Shown here one piece after another: positions 51,580 to 56,977 of a stretch of DNA of 56,977 nucleotides (position 1 is its first letter; every line of letters starts with the position of its first letter). The translations under genes and the position numbers were made by a program. The DNA lies in NCBI GenBank assembly GCA_051003195.1, contig JBPCLP010000048.1, positions 1-56,977 of the forward strand. The letters are read 5' to 3'. Under the pieces are notes generated by a model. It made no database searches. It had not been told where the DNA came from and saw only the letters and a program-made list of their open reading frames with translations. Source of the DNA: Candidatus Sumerlaeaceae bacterium (GTDB taxonomy: Bacteria > Sumerlaeota > Sumerlaeia > Sumerlaeales > Sumerlaeaceae).

Positions 51580-53090
51580 TATGCGTTAATGTTTTGCCGA
51601 ATTTGCTTCTTGCCCAGTCGGTACCGACACACCCTCCTCGGACTGGCAGAACGCTTCTGACAGGTAATGCTACACATAATCCGGGCTCGCCCGGCCGCGT
51701 GCCTCGCGGCAACCCTGCCGAGTACGGTTTGGATGGCGAACGGCTCGGGGCCGGAATGGATCGCGCCTTTGCCGCCGCAATAAAAGACAAGCAGCTGAGC
51801 GGGGGAGTGGCGCTTGTCCTACGCCGCGGGCACGTCGTCTTCGAGAAGGCATATGGCTATCGCTGTATTATCGGCACGACCGAGCCGGCGACCCTGGACA
51901 CCATCTATGACGTGGCGTCTCTCACGAAGCCCGTCGCGACCGCCAGCGCTATTATGAAACTCGTCGAGCAGGGTCGCATCCGCCTGCGCGACGGCGTAAA
52001 AACCTACATTCCCGAGTGGAAAAACGACAAGGACGCAGACGAGCGTACCAGCGAAGCCACGCGCCTGAAACGCTATATACGTACAGGTGCGCTGCGACCT
52101 TCCATCGATCTACTTCAAAGTACAAAATCACTGGACGGCGCTTCGCTGCCCAACAGTCCGGGCGAACTCTGGCATCGAATGGTGTCGGCAGGACACGTGC
52201 GTCTGGACGAAACATTTATCGAGCAGGCGCTTCGCTTCGACGGTATTCAGCGCGAAGGCGTACAACTACGCCACCTGCTCACGCACACTTCCGGGCTCGA
52301 TCCATTCGACCGGTATTATCTGCGCTGGCCCGAGCGCGCGGCCCGGACGCGAATCATTGCTGATATTGTGCAGCGCAAGCTTGTCAACCCGCCGGGCGAG
52401 GCGTTCATCTACAGCGACCTGGGGTTTATCACGCTGGGAGAGATTGTGGAGCGCGTCACCAGCAAAACGCTCGCGCAGTTCACCCACGACGAGATTTTTG
52501 GGCCGCTTGGTATGCGCGACACCATGTTTAATCCGCCGGGAGAACTTCTACCGCGGATCGCGCCTACGGAATGGCGCGAAAGCGTCACCACGATCACCGG
52601 CACGGACGACGCACCCACTACCGCGTCCGTGAAAACGATGATTCGGGGCGAAGTTCATGACGGCAACGCGTATGTGCAGGATGGCATCAGCGGCCATGCG
52701 GGGCTGTTCTCCACGGCGCGCGATCTCGCCATCTTCTGCCAGATGCTTCTCAAGGGCGGCGAACATGCAGACGTGCGCATCTTTTCGCCGCTCACGGTAA
52801 TTGCCATGAGCACCGACCAGGCGCAGCTCAAAACCGATGACCAGCGCGGCTACGGGTGGGACATCAAGACCAGCTACTCGGGTCCGCGCGGTGATATTTT
52901 TACCACCGGCTTTGGTCATACGGGGTGGACAGGCACTTCCATCTGGATCGTGCCGGAAGAACAGATCGCGATCATTATTCTCACCAACCGCGTCCACCCC
53001 GACGGCACCGGCGACGCCACTCCACTGCGTTCCAAAATCGCTAACGTCGTAGCGGGAAGTATTCTAAAGGAAAAAAACCTACCGCAATGA
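51546..53090 (+). CDS. Class C beta-lactamase-related serine hydrolase (AmiE/NamA-like), start uncertain
   Basis: YDVASLTK (SxxK), LLTHTSGL, YSD, RIAPTE..RGEVHDGNA..GHAGLFS, FGHTGWTGT, LTNRVHP. Confidence 0.9.
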   Translation: MHTLRLCASVVICVNVLPNLLLAQSVPTHPPRTGRTLLTGNATHNPGSPGRVPRGNPAEYGLDGERLGAGMDRAFAAAIKDKQLSGGVALVLRRGHVVFEKAYGYRCIIGTTEPATLDTIYDVASLTKPVATASAIMKLVEQGRIRLRDGVKTYIPEWKNDKDADERTSEATRLKRYIRTGALRPSIDLLQSTKSLDGASLPNSPGELWHRMVSAGHVRLDETFIEQALRFDGIQREGVQLRHLLTHTSGLDPFDRYYLRWPERAARTRIIADIVQRKLVNPPGEAFIYSDLGFITLGEIVERVTSKTLAQFTHDEIFGPLGMRDTMFNPPGELLPRIAPTEWRESVTTITGTDDAPTTASVKTMIRGEVHDGNAYVQDGISGHAGLFSTARDLAIFCQMLLKGGEHADVRIFSPLTVIAMSTDQAQLKTDDQRGYGWDIKTSYSGPRGDIFTTGFGHTGWTGTSIWIVPEEQIAIIILTNRVHPDGTGDATPLRSKIANVVAGSILKEKNLPQ

Positions 53091-54091
53091 AGATGACAAC
53101 GAACCTTCGCATTGCCATTATCTCCTTCGAGCATCCACACGCCTATTCCTACGCCTCCGCGCTCCAGCGCATACCCGGCGCGGAGCTTATTGCCGCGGCC
53201 GATTCCGACGCCGACCGCCTCGCACGTGTCCGGCGCGAACACTCTGATGTCGCAGGCTTCTATCCGGATTACCTCCACATGCTCGACCACGCGGAGATGG
53301 ATGCGGTCATCATCTGCTCGGCAAACTCGAGTCATCTGCCCATCGCGCTCGAGTGCGCGAAACGCGGCAAACACATCCTCTGCGAGAAGCCACTCGCGCC
53401 GACGGTCGAGGATTCGCAGAAGATCATTGATGCATGCCGCGCGGCGGGGGTAACGCTCATGACGGCTTTCCCGGTACGCTTCAGCCCGCCGGTGCACCAG
53501 TTGCGGCAACTTGTGCAGTCGGGGCAACTTGGCACCGTCCTCGGCGCCAGCACCAGCAACCACGGTTCGATGCCCGGAAGCTGGTTTGTCGACGCCGCGA
53601 AATCCGGTGGCGGCGCGGTCATCGACCATACCGTCCACGTTGTTGACCTGCTCCGCTGGGTTCTTGAGGACGAAGTCGAATCCGTGTACGCCGAATACGC
53701 CACGCGCCTGCATGACCTCAAAGTTGAAGACGTCGGACAGCTCATTATGCGGTTCCGCAAGGGCACCATCGCCAGCCTCGACACAAGCTGGTCGCGGGTG
53801 AAGAGCTACCCGATCTGGGGCGACGTGAAAATGGACTTCAAAGGCACTGACGCCAACGTCAGCGTGAACTGTTTTCCACAGCAGATTCATCACTTCGACG
53901 ACACCGCGATGCGCCACAGTGGCTACAATGTTGCAGAAGATCTCAACCAGCTCATGATCGAGGAGTTCGTTAGCGCGGTGCAGGAAAAACGCCCGGCGCT
54001 TGTCAGCGGCGAAGATGGATTGCGTGCGGTGCAAGTCGCGCAGGCGGCGTATGAGGCGGGGCGGACGGGGCAGGCGGTGAGGACCAAGTGA
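53087..54091 (+). CDS. Gfo/Idh/MocA family oxidoreductase
   Basis: GKHILCEKPLA, AFPVRF, GGGAVIDHTVH, EDGLRA. Confidence 0.94.
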   Translation: MKMTTNLRIAIISFEHPHAYSYASALQRIPGAELIAAADSDADRLARVRREHSDVAGFYPDYLHMLDHAEMDAVIICSANSSHLPIALECAKRGKHILCEKPLAPTVEDSQKIIDACRAAGVTLMTAFPVRFSPPVHQLRQLVQSGQLGTVLGASTSNHGSMPGSWFVDAAKSGGGAVIDHTVHVVDLLRWVLEDEVESVYAEYATRLHDLKVEDVGQLIMRFRKGTIASLDTSWSRVKSYPIWGDVKMDFKGTDANVSVNCFPQQIHHFDDTAMRHSGYNVAEDLNQLMIEEFVSAVQEKRPALVSGEDGLRAVQVAQAAYEAGRTGQAVRTK

Positions 54092-54124
54092 TCCTGCGCG
54101 TTCGAGCTGCTGACTGCTCCGCAA

Positions 54125-54180
54125 AGGCCTATAAGTTTTTTAGGTCCTATAGGTCCTATAGGTCCTATATGACCTATATG
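54125..54180. repeat. Tandem array of the near-palindromic 9-mer TAGGTCCTA
   Basis: Three exact units at 54141-54167 plus degenerate flanking units (AGGCCTATA, TATGACCTA). Confidence 0.85.
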
Positions 54181-54209
54181 TGCCAATTGCTCCGCAGAGG
54201 TGACCACCA

Positions 54210-55115
54210 ATGATCCGCCAATTAGTAGACTCGGATATTAGCCGCCTTACCGTTCTCTGCAATCGCGCGATGGAGTACGATGTCTTCAACGAACCGATCC
54301 TTCGCGAAAAAACCATCGGATCTCCCGACCACCATCCCGATCTCGGTCTCGTCTACGAAGTGGATGGCGAGGTGGTCGCGTTTGGTCAGGGAAACATGGG
54401 CAAGGTGCGCGATGGTAAACAATTTGGTTATGTGCGGCTAGGCGTGGTTGACCGGGCGTATCGGCGGCGGGGGATTGGGTCGGCGCTGCTTAAAGAAATG
54501 GAATCGCGGCTCGTCGCGCGCGGCGTGCAGGTCATCTCCATCATGGACTCGCCCTTCAACTACTACATGCCGGGAGTCGATTTCCGCTATACCGAGGCGT
54601 ATTGTTTCCTGCAGAAGCATGGCTATAAAGTAACGCACGAGACTCACAACCTGATCTGCGAACTCGATGTGAATGCCTGGCCCGAACTGGAGCAGCAAAT
54701 TGAGCAGCTAAGGGGCGACAACGTTTATGTCACGCGCGCGCAGGTGGCAGATGGCGAGAGGATTCATGCGTTTCTGGATCTGCACTGGGTCGGCTGGAAA
54801 GGCGAAGTGCAGGGGGCGCTCGACAACGATCCGCCCACGCTTTACATCGCCAAGATGGATGAACGAGTGGTGGCGTTTTCGGGCTACCAGGGAAACAACA
54901 AGGCGCTGAACTGGTTCGGTCCGATGGGGACGTCGCCGGAGCTTCGCGGAAAAGGCGTGGGAGCACTGCTGCTGCGGCTGTGCTTGAGAGACTTAGCGAG
55001 GCAGGGATGGAAAACTGCTGTGATTCCGTGGGTGGGACCGATCCCGTTCTACTCGAAGTTTTGCGGGGCCAAGATTGATCGGTGTTTTTGGGTTCACCGG
55101 AAAGAGATTGGTTAG
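54210..55115 (+). CDS. Tandem-domain GNAT acetyltransferase
   Basis: Two acetyl-CoA motifs, VDRAYRRRGIG and TSPELRGKGVG; PGVD..Y. Confidence 0.9.
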   Translation: MIRQLVDSDISRLTVLCNRAMEYDVFNEPILREKTIGSPDHHPDLGLVYEVDGEVVAFGQGNMGKVRDGKQFGYVRLGVVDRAYRRRGIGSALLKEMESRLVARGVQVISIMDSPFNYYMPGVDFRYTEAYCFLQKHGYKVTHETHNLICELDVNAWPELEQQIEQLRGDNVYVTRAQVADGERIHAFLDLHWVGWKGEVQGALDNDPPTLYIAKMDERVVAFSGYQGNNKALNWFGPMGTSPELRGKGVGALLLRLCLRDLARQGWKTAVIPWVGPIPFYSKFCGAKIDRCFWVHRKEIG

Positions 55116-55131
55116 GCAATTAGTCGATTAT

Positions 55132-55256
55132 TTTACCACAGAGGCACAGAGACACAGAGCTTTCACAGAAGAAAACACTCTGCAATTTATAAGGGTATCA
55201 GTATGCACAATAAGCAACTCTGTGCATACTCTGTGTCTCTGTGCCTCTGTGGTAAA
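55132..55256. mobile_element. Palindromic MITE-like element, copy 3
   Basis: Perfect 28-bp inverted repeats at 55132-55159 and 55229-55256, intergenic between the GNAT gene and xylB. Confidence 0.82.
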
Positions 55257-55313
55257 GGGCCTTCCAAATGAGTTTTACCACCAAATCGGGCGTTACAGGA
55301 TACGGAAAGTTTG

Positions 55314-56840
55314 ATGAACTTAATCGGCATAGATATCGGCACCACCGGCGCAAAAAGCGTCCTGATTAATGATCGCGGGAAGGTTCTCGCCTCCGACCTG
55401 CAGGAGTACCCGCTCTCCCTCCCGCACCCCGGCTGGGCCGAACAGGATCCAGAGCACTGGGTCGCCGCGACCATCACCTCGCTGCGTAACCTGCTTGCGA
55501 AATCGCGCGTGCAGCCGAGCTCAATTGCCGGCATGGCACTTAGCGGGCAGATGCACGGTCTCGTCTGCCTCGACAAATCCGGCGCTGTGCTGCGCCCGGC
55601 GATCCTCTGGTGCGACACCCGCACCACGGCGGAATGCAAACTGATCGAGAAGCAGGTGGGTGGCCGCTCAAAGCTCATCCAGCTTGCGTCCAATCCTGCG
55701 CTTGAGGGTTTCACCTTGCCTAAACTCGTCTGGGTGCAGCGCAACGAACCCAGCCTGTTCAAACGCACAGCCACCGTACTTCTGCCAAAGGATTACGTCC
55801 GCTACCGCCTCACCGGCGCGCTGGGGATGGACATTTCGGATGCCGCCGGCACACTGATGCTCGACGTCAAAGGCAAGCAGTGGTCCGCGCCCATTCTCAA
55901 GGCGCTGAAAATCAATCCCTCGGTGCTACCACCGCTGGGTGAGTCGCCGGATATCGCCGGCCGGATCACACCGGAAGCGGCGCAGCTGACGGGGCTGCCT
56001 GAAGGTTTGCCGGTCGCGTACGGCGGTGCGGACAACACATGCGCGGCGGTGGGCAACGGCGTCATAAAGGAAGGAATCGTGGCGGTCAGCATCGGCACCA
56101 GCGGCACCGTCATTGCACCGGCGCGCCAACCCGTCCGTGACAAACTCGGCCGTGCGCACACTTTCAACCATTCCGTCCCGGGACTGTGGTATGTGATGGG
56201 CGTGATGCAGGCGGCCGGGCTGTCCCTCAAGTGGCTGCGAGACAACTTCGGAGGCATGGAGCGCGCCATGGCGGAGGACACGGGCATCGATGCCTACGAG
56301 TTCCTCGCCGCGCGCGTTGGCAGTGTCCCGCCCGGCAGTGAAGGACTGCTGTGGCTTCCGTATTTGAATGGCGAGCGGACGCCGCACCTTGACGCCAACG
56401 CTCGCGGTGTGCTGTTCGGCGTCTCACCGCGTCACACCAAGGCGCACGTAGTCCGCGCCATCATGGAAGGGGTTGTGTTTGGCTTGCGTGATTCGCTGGA
56501 AATTATTCGGGGGCTGGGAATTCCCGTGAAGGAAATACGGCTGACGGGGGGTGGCGCGAAGAGCGCGGTGTGGCGTCAGATGCAGGCAGATATTTTCGGC
56601 CAGCCGGTCGTTACTATTAACGTCGAAGAAGGCCCCGCCTTTGGCGCGGCGATCATCGCCGGGGTGGGCACGAAGGTGTTTAAGTCTTTCGATGCCGCCG
56701 CGAGTCAGATTATCAAGGTGGGGCGGGAGATCAAACCGATTCAGGCGAATGTCGACAAGTACGACAGACAATACGTTCTTTTCCGGGATTTGTACGTCAG
56801 CTTGAAGGATGATTTTGGGAAGCTGGCTAAGCTACGCTGA
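55314..56840 (+). CDS. xylB: Xylulokinase (FGGY family)
   Basis: GIDIGTTG, SGQMHG, RPAILWCD, LLPKDY, SDAAGT, LPYLNGERTPH, GGGAKS..WRQ. Confidence 0.93.
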   Translation: MNLIGIDIGTTGAKSVLINDRGKVLASDLQEYPLSLPHPGWAEQDPEHWVAATITSLRNLLAKSRVQPSSIAGMALSGQMHGLVCLDKSGAVLRPAILWCDTRTTAECKLIEKQVGGRSKLIQLASNPALEGFTLPKLVWVQRNEPSLFKRTATVLLPKDYVRYRLTGALGMDISDAAGTLMLDVKGKQWSAPILKALKINPSVLPPLGESPDIAGRITPEAAQLTGLPEGLPVAYGGADNTCAAVGNGVIKEGIVAVSIGTSGTVIAPARQPVRDKLGRAHTFNHSVPGLWYVMGVMQAAGLSLKWLRDNFGGMERAMAEDTGIDAYEFLAARVGSVPPGSEGLLWLPYLNGERTPHLDANARGVLFGVSPRHTKAHVVRAIMEGVVFGLRDSLEIIRGLGIPVKEIRLTGGGAKSAVWRQMQADIFGQPVVTINVEEGPAFGAAIIAGVGTKVFKSFDAAASQIIKVGREIKPIQANVDKYDRQYVLFRDLYVSLKDDFGKLAKLR

Positions 56841-56859
56841 CATAGATTGGAGCACAAGC

Positions 56860-56970
56860 GCTGTTCGGAGTACAGGCTAAAGCCTGTCCTCCGCACGGGG
56901 CGGTACAGCGAAGGACGGAATCCTCGGTGCGCTTGCGTTGGCCCCGGCTCAAGCCTGTCCTCCGAACGGC
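56860..56970. repeat. REP-like palindromic element downstream of xylB
   Basis: Hairpin CGGAGTACAGGCT-AA-AGCCTGTCCTCCG (56866-56893); a second AGCCTGTCCTCCGAACGGC (56952-56970) is an inverted copy of 56860-56878. Confidence 0.7.
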
Positions 56971-56977
56971 TGTACTG

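Noticed and set aside
51188..51606. Repeat-spacer-repeat layout as a possible CRISPR array
   Set aside because: Units are ~130-156 bp, only two in tandem, and there are no cas genes; it fits a MITE-like duplication.
51124..51790. Short ORFs over the palindromic elements (also 55075..55314)
   Set aside because: They are translations of the repeat (TTEAQR.., LCASVV) with no independent coding evidence.
47234..53090. Two beta-lactamase-fold genes as antibiotic-resistance determinants
   Set aside because: They show general serine-hydrolase motifs only and no mobile context; housekeeping hydrolase roles are more likely.
54216..55130. Similar CAATTAGT.GA sequences at both ends of the GNAT gene
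   Set aside because: Only about 11 bp and imperfect; cannot be distinguished from chance.

Overview
A 57-kb, moderately GC-rich, mostly core-genome window from a bacterium. The protein style suggests a poorly sampled lineage such as Ca. Sumerlaeota/BRC1, but that is only an impression. Contents: serS-def-GT2; a frameshifted YqjF/DUF2071 gene; a complete alternative complex III (actABCDEFG) + SCO + A2-type caa3 oxidase operon preceded by a near-perfect Rex box; surE; a stand-alone nusA that keeps a rimP-leader-like attenuator hairpin; TetR, a GH-A glycosidase and an HD dNTPase-like gene; a ligase/deoxyhypusine synthase-like/response regulator/recO run followed by an intact 1062-aa DnaE homologue that has lost all three catalytic aspartates (the top finding); glycosyltransferase/glycan genes; asd; trhO; two serine hydrolases flanking clpB (sigma54-type promoter); and a Gfo/Idh/MocA-GNAT-xylB run. 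Non-coding structure includes three copies of a ~125-129 bp palindromic MITE-like element (one apparently supplying a signal peptide), 9-bp palindromic tandem repeats and a REP-like element. No rRNA, tRNA, CRISPR array, transposase or phage gene was recognised. All family calls come from motif recognition by eye, not from database searches.
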